Assembly: GCA_027923505.1 (NCBI GenBank)
Contig: BROI01000002.1
Span: forward strand, 434,001-498,000
DNA length: 64,000 nt
Source: Mayamaea pseudoterrestris
Taxonomy: Eukaryota
Direction of reading: 5' to 3'
The first letter of the stretch is position 1, and each line of letters starts with the position of its first letter. Shown in pieces: positions 22,061-33,895 of this stretch. Made by a program: the position numbers and the translations under genes. The notes below the pieces were generated by a model. The model did no database searches. It was not told the DNA's origin and worked only from the letters and a program-made list of their open reading frames with translations.

Positions 22061-25000
22061 ATGAAGCGACAAAATCAGCAGCCTCCACCATCACCAAGGA
22101 CTCCTCCTCGCTCCTCGCAAAGTTACCCCGTCACTCACTTGGCGCTGCACCAAGCTTCCAGTCGGGACGGCGACGAATCCTTCATGTCGGACATTACCGG
22201 AGACGTTGGCATGCACTCCACGCCGCCGCCCAAGCGCAAGCAGCAGCAGCAAGTCAGCATCAAGGCGACGTCAATCCTGAGTGGCGCGGCCAGCAACATT
22301 TATCAGGGAATACTAAACAAGAATACTAGTAACGGAGACGACTATGAAGACTATCATGACGACGACGATGATGCATCCAATGCACTCAACGTGAGCCACT
22401 ACCACGACGGCAACTCGTTCGTCACTGCGGATCAAACGGCCATGCCCAAGATTGCGGAACATGACGACGATGATGCCCGTCGCATGTCGCGCAAGTTTAG
22501 CCGCGGTTTCGACTTTTTGAACGACGCCACGACGGAAATGACGTATTCAAGGAGAATCGCGTTGCATCTCATGCGCCACTCGTGGTACTATCCCAAGCTC
22601 GAGCCGCCTCACGACGACGAACATGACGCTACGACGCCACCAATGAGCGAAAGCAAGGAAGCGGCGTTGCGCATGGAGGCCTATCCCTTTAGCGTCACCA
22701 AAAAGGAGTATCCGTCGCTCGAAAAGGCGTGGGTTTGTAAGTAGTCGTTTGTTGAGTTATGGGGCATTGTCGCTGTTTATGACATGACAATTTGATCTTT
22801 TCGTTTGCCATGTCAATTATCCAATCCATGCCTTGTTCCTCACTCTCTCTCTTTTGCAGACTTTGAGCACGTTGCCTTGCCGCGCCACTTGGTGCAACCA
22901 AAGGCCGACCTTGGTGTCCGCAAGAGCGTTTGCACCCGCATCGTACGGAAAATGACCAAGGCGAACAAGCAGCTATCGCGCGCCGAACCTGGCGAGCGCA
23001 ACCTACCCACCAAGCTCTACGACCATTGGACGCCGCACGCGCAGCTGGGTGACTTTGGATTAGGCATTGGCTTGTACTTTTCGACGTTGCGGGCGCTGAC
23101 TATATTGACGCTGCTGGCGGGCTTGATGAATATTACCAACATTCAATACTTTGCGTCGCTCGAGTACAGCAACGGCCAGGAGGAGGTTTCCCGCAATTTG
23201 ATTCGCGGGTCCACCATTTGCACCAATGTGGCGTGGGTGATTTGCGAATCCTGCACGGTCGACTTGTTTCCCGCCGATCGACTGGCGATTGGCACCAACG
23301 TTGCCACGGGTCAAAACGTGACGTTGGGACGCAAAAACTTGTGCGACGCGGCGACCATGGAGCAAGGGTTTGTCAATTATGCGACGCTGCTCTTTATCAT
23401 TATTGGAATATTCTTTTTGAACATTTACTTGAAGCGCATGGAGGTGGCGTTTGATGAGGATGAGCAAACAGCACAAGACTATTCCATTGTCGTTACCAAT
23501 CCACCGGCCGACGCCAAGGACCCCCAAGAGTGGAAGGATTACTTTGGCGCGGCGTTTGGTGCGCACGTGACGGCGTGCACGGTTGCCGTTGACAATGACT
23601 TGCTGGTGCGTAGCTTGGTGGAGCGACGAGAGGTTTTGCGTCGGATTGAAATGATGGTGGAACCTGGAACGTCGCTGGACAAGCTCACACTGACGCGGCT
23701 TGGTGCCAAGGAGGAACGGGAGCGACGGCTGCTGAACCGTATCATTGCCATGGTGTCGCCTGGTATTCCCGAGTTTGTGGCGCGACTAGTGGTCTTGACT
23801 GCCCGCGTGCAAGGTTTGGCGCAGCAGAATTTTCCAGTCACCAATGTGTTTATCACGTTTGAAACGGAGGCTGATCAGCGCAAGGTGCTTTCGGAGCTGT
23901 CGTTGGGCAGCTTGGATGTGTCACGCAACAATCTAAATGCATTGGCGAGCAGAGATTACGCATTTCGAGGAAATCAAGTCCTGGCTGTGGCGGAACCAGA
24001 TGAACCAAACACTATTAGATGGCAGGATCTTAATGAAACTTTCATGGCGCGCCTGAAGCAGCAATTCATGACGTTTTTGGCTACGATTGCTGCAATTGCG
24101 GTCATTGCTGTTATCATTGCTATTATCAACGGATCGGAGAGTGCTGCAGCTAGTGCGTTTGCCATTTCAATATCCAATGCAATCTTTCCCATGTTTGCCA
24201 AGTTATTAAATAGTTTGGAGTCGCATTCCTCTGAGGGTAGCAAGCAGCGTTCGCTATTTAGCAAAATTGCATTGTTTCGATGGGTACGTTTTGTGAGACA
24301 AGTGCTTGGAACTGTTATTTGACTGGGTGATCTGAACATGTAGCTCATCTCCGCTCATTCAACAACAGTTTAACACGGCGATTGTGTTGACAATTATTAC
24401 TCCCTTTACGCACACCATTTCAAACCGAGAAGGTTTAATTAACAAGGTATATGCGCTCTTCTATGCGGAAATTGTTACAACGAATGTCATTCTTCTAGCA
24501 GATCCCATGGGCCATATCAAGCGCCACTACTTTGCTCCGCGAGCAAAATCTCAGGATGCCATGAACACGAATTTTAGTGGAACGGAGATGGAACTGGCAG
24601 AGCGTTATACAAACATGACCAAGATTCTTTTCTTAGCACTTTGGTACTGCTCAATTTATCCGGCTGCCTTGTTCATGTGTTCGGCCACTTTGCTGATTGC
24701 TTATTATGTCGACAAGTTCGCCCTCATGCGCATTTGGAAGCGTCAGCCTCATTTGGGCGCAACCATTTCGGAATTTAGTCGTCACTACTTCTTTTCGCTT
24801 GCCATTGTGGCTATGGCTATTGCTAGTTCATATTATTGGAGCGCATTTCCGTTTGACAATATTTGCGAGGCCGGAAGCTCTTTGGATGGGGGCCTCGTTG
24901 GTACCTACACTGTCACTTATGCATTGAATAGTCAAGCGCTACCACCGGAGTCCTTTCCGTCTGATACTCCAGCATATAAGTACTGTAATCAAGACTTTAT

Positions 25001-25478
25001 CCGCTACGATACCCGGAGTTTTCCATTCATTCCAAGCTTGCAGGCGCCTGGCGCCGAATGGATGACACCCGAGCAGGAGCAATTGACCGCTGTTTACGGG
25101 TGGAGCGTTGTTGGAGTTGTTGGCTTTATTCTACTGCAGTTCATCTGGGGCTGGATTGGTAGCATTAGAAACATGTTCCGGTCTTCGTACAAGCCCAACG
25201 GGGACGACCAAGGAATTAACTTTAGCGATGTTCCTTCCATTAGCACCTACGTGCCGCAAATCGAAAGCAAGATTTACTCCTATCCGCTACTTGCCTGCAA
25301 CGTGGATAAAATTGACATGGAGCTGCTCGATTGGACGGATCCTGATCGTCCGCATTCGTTTTACGATCTCTCAAAGGATGCCAAAATTTTGATCCAAGGC
25401 ATGGACGTTTCGGCTAATACAGTCTTTTCCCAAGTTGCTCACTGGCCGCCAGCGACGACGAAAAATCAGTATCGATAA
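22061..25478 (+). CDS. Multi-pass membrane protein, OSCA/TMEM63-TMC-like channel superfamily; exons 22061-22736, 22860-24283, 24369-25478
   Basis: Splicing gives KAWVYFEHVALPR and ALFRWFNTAIV. LGDFGLGIGLYFSTLR, DEDEQTAQDYSIVV, VFITFETE, EPDEPNTIRWQDL, LAERYTNMTK, YYVDKFALMR, and many hydrophobic helices. Family assignment is by resemblance. Confidence 0.75.
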
Positions 25479-25703
25479 GATGCCTATTAAAGTCTGACTA
25501 TGAAAATAAACATCTCGTCATGTTTTAAGTCAATGCAAATAAAGAAACAATACATTTAATAGATTGCAAATAAATTGTGCCCATGGCAAAAACAGATATG
25601 TCAAGCTCCTTTATTAGTGCAGCTACCTTGCTCAGCTCCATTCGCAAACAATCATTCCGTCATCAATCCCTTTCTCATCATCAGCCCATCATCAACATCA
25701 ACA

Positions 25704-27260
25704 TTACTTTGCCTGAAGCGTCGCCTTGACTTGATCCGCATCATGCTTCAACTTGCGCACCGCCGCTTCCAGCTCCGCCAAGCTAGCATTGTGCTGGTTC
25801 AACGTTTTGCAAATTGTAGCCACTTCTCCAAACAGCAGTTTCTCCTGCGCCTCATCCAACTCGCGCAAACTAGTCTGCAGCTGCTCCTGCACTTGCTGCA
25901 GCTTGTACTCCGTGGCTTCGGCTTGGCGGTAGGCGGCTTCGCGCGTCGCGTCGGCATCCATCACAGCCAAGTGCGACTGCGAATGAAACAACTCATCCAC
26001 TTGCGTCTCGACGGCTTGCAGCTTGGATTCCATTTCCTCCTGCATGTTTGAAATCGACGCGAGCGCTTGTTCCGCCTCGAGTTGCTCCGCCATGTACAAG
26101 GATGTTTGCAGCGTGAGCTGCGAAATGTCTCTCTGCGTGTCGCGCAAAGTAGCGTCGTAGTGAGAGACGCGCTGGGCCTGCTGCACGTAATGGAGTGCGT
26201 CCTGCTCGAGCTCGCGCTGGAAGCGGTTCAAGATTTGTTCGACTGTCAATGATTGGTAGTCGAGCGGAATGGGTTCTTTGAATGAGGGAGTTGTTGTTGT
26301 AGCAGCTGGAGCTGGAGCTGCAGTAGTAGTGGTGGCAGCTGGAGCTGGAGCTGCTGTTCCCGTTGTGACAGGAGCTTGCGTCGTTGTAGTTCCAGTGCGA
26401 AAGGGCGTGGAAACGGGAGGCGGCTGCGTCCCCGGCGTTGGCGCCGCAGGAGTCGTTGTTGTTGTTGTTGGAGTCGGCGACATGAACGAAAAGTTGCTCG
26501 ACTTATTTTCATTAGCTGGAGTTGTAGGTGCAGTCGTAGTTGTGGAGGCCGCCGGTCCTGCGGCAGGAGTAGGAGTTGCGCCAAAGCTGAAGCCTCCAGG
26601 CGCCGCTGAAGCAGTCGCTGTCGTCGTGGCTGAAGCAGTTGCACCAAAGACTGGAGCAATGGGAGGTTTCGTCGCCGATGCATTCGCAGGCGCCGCCGTG
26701 GAACTTCCAAAGCTAAATGCTCCAGTAGCAGGTGCGGCAGGGGCTGTAGATGGAGCGGCAGCACCAAAAGCTCCAGCCGCAGGAGCAGCTGTACCACCAA
26801 AAGCAAACCCTCCAGGCGCTGAAGCCGCGCTAGCAGCTGTCGTGGCCGGAGCGGCAGAGGCTCCAGCCGCCGGAGCTGCTGCAGTACCACCAAAATTAAA
26901 CCCTCCAGCCGCTGGAGCAGTCGCCGCGGCTGGAGCGTTTCCTCCAAATCCGGCAAACGAAACAGCTGGAGCTGGAGTGGTTGCCGGTGCAGCCGCAGTC
27001 GCTGGCGGACTACCAAAGGCTGGCGTCGTTCCTGCAGCAGTGGAAGCAGCGGCTGCCGCTGGTCCACCAAATCCAGTGGCCGCAGGCGCTGGCGCCATGG
27101 AAAATCCTCCTCCTCCAAACGTTGCCGGCGCCGCGGCAGTAGAAGGAGGACTTCCAAACGACAGTGGCGCTCCGGTTGTTGGTGCGCCGAAAGTGAATCC
27201 TCCGCCAGGAGCAGGAGCGGCTCCGCCCGTCGCATTAGTTTGTCCGAAATTGAATGACAT
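25704..27260 (-). CDS. NUP62: FG-nucleoporin Nup62/Nsp1
   Basis: N-terminal FxFG repeats, Thr/Ala/Pro linker, and C-terminal coiled coil starting LTVEQILNRF..EL, with DATREAAYRQAE and ICKTLNQHNASL. Confidence 0.9.
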   Translation of the reverse strand: MSFNFGQTNATGGAAPAPGGGFTFGAPTTGAPLSFGSPPSTAAAPATFGGGGFSMAPAPAATGFGGPAAAAASTAAGTTPAFGSPPATAAAPATTPAPAVSFAGFGGNAPAAATAPAAGGFNFGGTAAAPAAGASAAPATTAASAASAPGGFAFGGTAAPAAGAFGAAAPSTAPAAPATGAFSFGSSTAAPANASATKPPIAPVFGATASATTTATASAAPGGFSFGATPTPAAGPAASTTTTAPTTPANENKSSNFSFMSPTPTTTTTTPAAPTPGTQPPPVSTPFRTGTTTTQAPVTTGTAAPAPAATTTTAAPAPAATTTTPSFKEPIPLDYQSLTVEQILNRFQRELEQDALHYVQQAQRVSHYDATLRDTQRDISQLTLQTSLYMAEQLEAEQALASISNMQEEMESKLQAVETQVDELFHSQSHLAVMDADATREAAYRQAEATEYKLQQVQEQLQTSLRELDEAQEKLLFGEVATICKTLNQHNASLAELEAAVRKLKHDADQVKATLQAK

Positions 27261-27554
27261 GATATTGTTCGATTGTTAATTAATTTAATTAAGAATGAAA
27301 ATTCTACCGGTAATTGCAGCAAGGAATGAGAGGAGGCGCTGCTGCTGCTGCAAGTCGATGGTCCATTGTGGATTTCACGGTGGCGAAGCGCTGCAGCGAA
27401 AACGTCGTACCACGACTCAGATGGCGTCTCACGAGGAGCTGGGTAGCTAACAAATGGGACATTTAGTTGTCGCAAGGAAACTGAGGTGGTACTAACCAAA
27501 GTCTTGCCCAACATGACAGATAATTTCACTGCCTTGGTAGGCAATTCTTATGAT

Positions 27555-29066
27555 TCCTGATGCCAAAAAATGGGGCACTGCTGGCACATTCAACAACTTG
27601 TTGAATGTGCTCCGTCTCTTGGCATATTGATGGGTTCTGCACACATTTTGTGAACTCTATTGGTCCATTACATACATAAGCTTCAATCATGTTTGTTTTG
27701 GATGCTTGTCAGGCCACTCTGGCAGTCTAGGTGCCAACTGGGGTGCGTTGCTTGCAGATTCAACAAGTTGTTGGATAGTCTCACCATGACTGCCATGCAT
27801 GGAGATGGATACAAAGGTACTACTGACCCAACTGCTGCCTTCCAAATGACATAAAATATCAATTGAAAGTCATTGACTGTCTTGGTAGGCCATTCTAAGG
27901 ATCCCTGCTGCCAAAAATGGGGCACTGCTGGCACATTCAACCTTTTGTTGAATGTGCTCAGACTCTTGGCATAATGATGGGTTCTGCATACATTTTGTGA
28001 ACTCTATTGGTCCAGTGCATACATGAACTTCAATCATGATTGTTTTAGAAGCTTGTCAGGCTACATGGGCAGTCTGGGTGCCAACTGGGGTGCACCGCTA
28101 GCAGATCCAGCAAGTTGTTGGATCTGCTCAGTCTCACCGTGGCGTACATGGTGATGGATGCTGAGGTGCAACTGACCAACTTATGGCCCATCATTAACAG
28201 CAAACATTATTTGAATGAAATTGGAGTGCTCAGCGGGCAATGCTGATGATCCCTGTAGCCAAAATGGGAGCAGGGATGGCACATTCAACCATTGGATGAA
28301 TGTGCGGAGTTTCATTGCAAGGTGTTGGCTTTCACGCCCAAATGGACAAGTCTATGAGTCCCAATCAATGTTCAAGTCCATATTGATGGTATTATGGGGT
28401 CTGCAGGACATTTTTGAAGTCCCCTTGTCACTTGAGGTGCACTGCTAGCAGATCCAACAAGTTGTTGGATGTGCTCAGTCTCACCGTGGCGTACATGGTA
28501 ATGGATGCTGAGGTGCAACTGACCAACTTATGGCCCATCATTGACAACAAACATGATTTGAAAGAAATTGGAGGGCTCAGCCGGCAATGCTGATGATCCC
28601 TGCAGCCAAAATGGGAGCAGGGCTAGCATTTTCAACCATTGGTTGAATGTGTGCAGTCTCAGGGCATGGTGATGGCTTCCACACCCAAATGGACAAGTCT
28701 ATGAGTCCCAATCAATGTTCAAGTCCATATTGGTTGTATTATGGGGTCTGCAGGACATTTTTGAAGTCTCCCTTGCCAGTTGAGGTGCACCGCTAGCAGA
28801 TCCAACAAGTTGTTGGATGTGCTCAGTTCAGTCTCACCGTGGCGTACATGGTGATGGATGCTGAGGTGCAACTGACCAACTTATGGCCCATCATTGACAA
28901 CAAACATGATTTGAAAGAAATTGGAGGGCTCAGCGGGCAATGCTGATGATCCATGCAGCCAAAAAGGGAGCAGGGCTGGCACATTCAACCATTGGTTGGA
29001 TGTGCGGAGTCTCAGAGCATGGTGATGGCTTCCACACCCAAATAAACAAGTCTTTGAGTCCCATTG
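27555..29066. repeat. Satellite-like array, ~348-bp dimeric unit (2 x ~174 bp), each half carrying a 27-bp palindrome
   Basis: Palindromes begin at 27584, 27754, 27931, 28101, 28279, 28448, 28626, 28796 and 28979. Alternate units are closely homologous. Confidence 0.93.
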
Positions 29067-29068
29067 CA

Positions 29069-29720
29069 TGGCATGAATATGGGCAATTGAATGTCAAGGC
29101 GTCTGCAAGCTGAGACTGGTAGTAAGTTTAACAACTTGTTGAATCTGCCGAGTCACACCATGCCATGAATGGGATGGATACTGGTACTGACCTAATTGTT
29201 TGTTTACTGAGCAACTACATCATTATCAATTCATAGTTTTATTTGCGTTGTTAACTGCTTTGGAATAATTTGACCCAGGCAGAAAATCGAATTAGGGTAG
29301 CCGCGGAAATCCTGCAACAGCTGTAACGATGATAATGATTTCATAATCTATGTAAAAGCTTTTTGAAAGCACAAACACTTTCATTTCATTCGTTTACGGT
29401 TAGTGCAAACTATTTTCCTCAATCAGTCCCAGTTTGGGACCGTGGTAGGTTGGTCGCACGCGCACACTGGCACTGCGGTGCATCAAGCTGCGTCGGTTGC
29501 CGGCGGCGAAACTGTTGTTGTTGGTGGCACCTGCATGATTGCTGTTGCTTGTACTAGTATTGCTACTCGCCATGATCATATCCTTATCTTGGCGCGGACC
29601 GTCAAAGAGTTTTTGAAAGGCTTGCTTTTGCAGCATCAAGTCGGCGTCATTGTCATTGTTGTCATCGTCATGATCATGGTGATGCAAATAGTCGCCACTT
29701 GCATTGCCATGCTCATCCTC
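29069..29720 (-). pseudogene. Diverged duplicate of 30661-31306 (flank plus 3' part of the 30995-31759 ORF)
   Basis: Shares NASGDYLHHHDHDDDN..DADLMLQKQAFQKLFDGPRQDKDMIMAS...GLIEENSLH and the downstream flank. Its 5' end is fused to a satellite unit at 29720/29721. Confidence 0.88.
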
Positions 29721-30388
29721 CGTCTCTTGGCATAGTGATGAATTCTGCATATGTTTTGTGACTCTTTTGGTCCAGTACATACATAAACTTTATTCATGAT
29801 TGTTTTGGATGCTTGGCAGGCCAGTCTGACAGTCTGGGTGCCAACTGGGGTGCGCACATTCAACCATTGGTTGAATGTGCGGAGTTTCATGGCATGGTGA
29901 TGGCTTCCACGCGCAAATCTATGAGTCCCATTCAATGTTCAAGTCCATACTGAGTGTACTATGGGGTCTGCAGGCCATTTTGGATGTCTCACTCACCACT
30001 TAAGGTGCACCACTAGCAGATCCAGCAAGTTGTTGGATCTGCTCTGTCTTACCGTGGCGTACATGGTGATGGATGCTAAGGTGCATCTGACCATCATATG
30101 GCCCATCATTGACAACAAACATGATTTGAAAGAAATTGGAGGGCTCAGCGGGCAATGCTGATGATCCCTGCAGCCAAAATGGGACCAGGGCTGGCACATT
30201 CAACCATTGGTTGAATGTGCGGAATCTCAGGGCATGGTGATGGCTTCCACAACCAAATGGACAAGTCAATGAGTCCCAATCAATGTCCAAGTCCGTATTG
30301 GTTGTATTATGGGGTCTGCAGGCCATTTTGATGTCTCACTCGCCACTTGAGGTGCACCGCTAGCAGATCCAGCAAGTTGTTGGATCTA
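29721..30388. repeat. Second block of the palindrome-bearing satellite
   Basis: Palindromes at 29854, 30016, 30194 and 30363; same unit sequences as 27555-29066. Confidence 0.9.
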
Positions 30389-30725
30389 CCAGTCACATTG
30401 CTGTCTACTAAGACTCCAGCCCGGCATACCATCTTGTAGCGCAGCCTAAATTATTATGTTGGCACCATGCTTGTGTAATGTGGATGTATACATGGCATGA
30501 TATATGGGCAATGAATGTCAAGGCATCTGTGGGCTGAGACTGGTGAGAAGTTCTCACCAGTCACATTGCAGTCCGCTGTGACTCCAGCCAGGCATACCAT
30601 CTTGTAGCGCAGCCTAAATAATGATGTTGGCACCATTCTGGTGTGATTTGGGTGTATAAATGGCATGCTATATGGGCAATTGAATGTCAAGGCATCTGCG
30701 GGCTGAGACTGGTGACAAGTTCAAC
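30389..30725. repeat. Two tandem ~168-bp units of a different, palindrome-free repeat
   Basis: CCAGTCACATTGC...GGCATACCATCTTGTAGCGCAGCCTAAAT...GCTGAGACTGGTGA at 30389 and 30557. Confidence 0.9.
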
Positions 30726-30994
30726 AACTTGAATCTGCCGAGTCGCACCATGCCATGCATGGGATGGATCTTATTACTAACGTTATTTGTTGTCTGAGCA
30801 ACTGCATCATTTTCAATTCATAGCTTCATTACAGCCTTTGGAATAATTCGACCCAGGCAGAACATCAAAATTACGGTAGCCGCTGACAAACTGCAGCAGC
30901 TGTAACAAAGATAATGATTTCATAATCTATAATATATACTACCACCATCGTAAAAGCTTTTTTGAAAGCACAAACACCTTCATTTCGTTGACTG

Positions 30995-31759
30995 TTAATG
31001 CAAACTATTCTCCTCAATCAATCCCAGTTTGGGACCGTGGTAGGTTGGTCGCACGCGCACACTGGCGCTGCGGTGCATCAAGCTGCGTCGGTTGCCAGCG
31101 GCAAAACTGTTGTTGGCGGCAGCTGCATGATTGCTGTTGCTTGTATTGCTAGTGCTAGCCATGATCATATCCTTGTCTTGGCGCGGACCGTCAAAAAGTT
31201 TTTGAAAGGCTTGCTTTTGCAGCATCAAGTCGGCGTCATTGTCGTCGTTATCATCGTCATGATCATGGTGATGCAGATAGTCGCCACTTGCATTATTGCC
31301 ATCCTCGGATCCGCCAAAGGTGCTGGTGGAATTGTCCAGCAAGCACGAGGAGGATGACGAGTCATTGTGATCACCTGCATGACTGTAGTAGTTGCTGTTG
31401 CTGTGCACCGACGACAAGTCGTTCCAGGTGCGAGTCGCCTCGTGCGCCGATAGACTTGATATAGTATGACTTGCCACTGCCCTTTGCGTGTAGTGGCTAC
31501 TGCTGCCGCCGGCAAGGTTGCTGGTGCGGCTGTGGTTGGAGTTGAGGAGCTCGGCCAAGTAAGGGTCATTGGCAAGATATGCCTCGTCCTCTGCCTCGGA
31601 GTGAGTCTCGACGCTTGTATAAGAGCCGTCGTTGCTCTTTGTGGCTGCTCGAGGATTCATGAATAAACTGCTGGATGGTTGCTGGCTGGCGCTTTCCGCC
31701 ATGATGCGGCGATGGTGCGAGGAGGAGGAAAGGTTTTCCATGTCGTCCGTCACTGCCAT
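30995..31759 (-). CDS. Hypothetical Ser/His/Asp-rich protein
   Basis: 254-aa ATG-initiated ORF, low complexity, no recognisable domain; frame is conserved in the partial duplicate. Confidence 0.6.
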   Translation of the reverse strand: MAVTDDMENLSSSSHHRRIMAESASQQPSSSLFMNPRAATKSNDGSYTSVETHSEAEDEAYLANDPYLAELLNSNHSRTSNLAGGSSSHYTQRAVASHTISSLSAHEATRTWNDLSSVHSNSNYYSHAGDHNDSSSSSCLLDNSTSTFGGSEDGNNASGDYLHHHDHDDDNDDNDADLMLQKQAFQKLFDGPRQDKDMIMASTSNTSNSNHAAAANNSFAAGNRRSLMHRSASVRVRPTYHGPKLGLIEENSLH

Positions 31760-32801
31760 TGCCGTGTATGAAAGTGCTCCTTACAGTTATTCCCCTTGAC
31801 TAGACGCAAAGGAAGACGACTGCTGCTATTAGACGTATAAAGGCGTCGATGAGGGATCAAACCAACGAGAGTCTCTCATCGTCGTCAGTCGCGGAGGGAG
31901 GAAGGCTTCTCAGTCTCGGCGACGACGCGTCGACCCTTGCTGTGGCGTGCATTTCCGTGACGCACCCAACGCGCTTGTTTGAAAACTTCAAGAATGACCG
32001 CATTGACAGTTCTTTTGGCACGACTCGAAGTCAAGCGACGAATTTGACGGGACTCGTGACCATTGCGTGTGTTCGCTAGCTGACCAGCTATCAGACCAAA
32101 GAAAAAAGATCATATCAGCAGTACAAGTAGCACAATACAACTATATCATATTTGCAGCCTCACTGACTTAGCTATGTAGAGTATGCTACAATGGCACTAT
32201 GAGATTGATAAAGTCTCGCGTCGCGACAAGCATTCTGAAACATTTGGACAGTTGAGCAATTTTGGCGAGGTCATTGGCAACCATGAGGCTCCAAAACTTG
32301 AATCTGCACTTCATACGTAAGCTTGGAGAAGCAGTTCGTCGTCTTTTGCCTCTCGTCTTTTATTCGCTTGTTGGAAATCTGTGCCGTCATTGCCGCGGCA
32401 GATTTCTTGCGGCTTCGAGGCTTTGCGATGCGTTTACTACAACGCATGCGTGAGTAGATAAGTCCCTTCTTCTATGAGACTGCTACTTTTACGTAAGGTC
32501 GGATCCTTCTTCTCGCTTGCATGAGGCTGGTGCTTTCATGTTCGCTAGTCGTAAATCTTTGCAGTATTAATATTCACTAACTGGCTTCTATCGCATGATA
32601 CAAGCGCGGTTCTACCGGTACGATTACAAGATACTCTTAGCAATCTACAGCCATTCAACGCATATCAATGTACTTGAAAGATTAAAGTACGTGCGCGTAT
32701 ACGGTATGTATTTCATGGTGGTGGCTTCCTTCCGCATTAAATTACTTGCATGCCGCTATTCATTCATGCATTCATTTCACACTCACACTCTATCATAAAA
32801 T

Positions 32802-33895
32802 CTACCTCGTCAAATTGGACGCATAAGAAACCTTGGCTGTGATATCCTGCGCCAAGACCTCGTCGTAGCCCGATCTAAACTCTATGGCAGCACTAGGATC
32901 ATTGGTGTTGGGTTTGGCAAACTCAATTTTGAGAATCAAATGGTCGTAGCCTGAAGCGCGCGCGCAAGTGGTGAAATAAGAATGCAAGTTAGAACAAGTA
33001 ATAAGGTATGCATGAGGACAGCATACATATGTAAATGCATACCATGTCCCTGCAAACCCTCCATAGCTCGCTCCGCATCCTCCTTATTGACAAATGACAC
33101 GAAGGCAAACCCTCTACTTTCCATCGTTTCCTTATCCTTGATTAAGTAGACGCGCAAAATGGGTCCGTAGCGCGCAAACAGGTCTTGAATGTCCGACTCG
33201 GTGGTGCTCGTCGACAAATTGGTGACCCGCAACGTGTTCAAGTCATCCGTCTGGCGAAAGCCGCCAGTGTCGGGATTGACGAGTTCAACCCGCTGCGTCG
33301 GCGTCATGTACTCGCCGGGGCCAGCAGAGCCTGCTGCACCTGGCGTGGAACCTCCGCCGCTGGCCAATGAATTTTCAACCTGCGTCCAACCCTCGTTGCT
33401 GCCTCCTCCTTCCGCTCCAGGAGTACCGCCAACGTCATACTTGCGCTCCAACTGCCGGCGCTTCTGCTTGGCCCAAAAGGCATTCAAGTTTTCGGCAATG
33501 GCGGCGTCCGCATCCTGATCCTGCAAATCCGTGTTGGCGCGCGGATCCTCCAGTAGAGTTTCCTCCTTGCTTCGCACTGTGTTTTGGTTCTTTTCCTTTG
33601 TGTCAATCGCCGCTTGACCAAACTCCCTCCACTGCCCACGCTCCTGCATACGCTCGGCGTCCTTGGCGGTGACGGTATCCATGTTGCTCTTGGTGATTGT
33701 TTTGATCAATTGGCGCGAGTGCTTGGAGTGACGCTTGTAGGTGGTGGTGGTTTGAATTCCCTGGCTGACGAACCAAGACTCGATTGTGGGTGGCACGACA
33801 TCTTGTTCGTTGGCGTTACTGGAGGAGCCGCGCATTTCCTCGTCATCGGAATCGTCCACGTTTTCGCCCCAGCGGGGAGGAGTAGCTGATACCAT
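32802..33895 (-). CDS. EIF3G: Eukaryotic translation initiation factor 3 subunit G; 2 exons (33895-33043, 32950-32802)
   Basis: N-terminal RWGE..DD, ERGQWREFG, and RRM NTLRVTNLS..SRGFAFVSF. GTATGC..TTCAG intron restores LQGHGYDHLILKIEFAKP. Confidence 0.9.

Noticed and set aside
26246..27544. Long overlapping ORFs (432 aa minus, 336 aa plus) over NUP62
   Set aside because: Shadow frames of a GC-rich Ala/Pro/Gly/Thr coding sequence.
27555..30388. CRISPR array interpretation of the spaced 27-bp palindromes
   Set aside because: Spacers are ~145-150 bp and homologous between alternate units rather than unique; there are no cas genes and the context is eukaryotic.
27660..30690. Short ORFs inside the satellite (e.g. 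TFNQWLNVPA...)
   Set aside because: Frames and stops differ between units, unit lengths are not consistently multiples of three, and no domain is recognisable.
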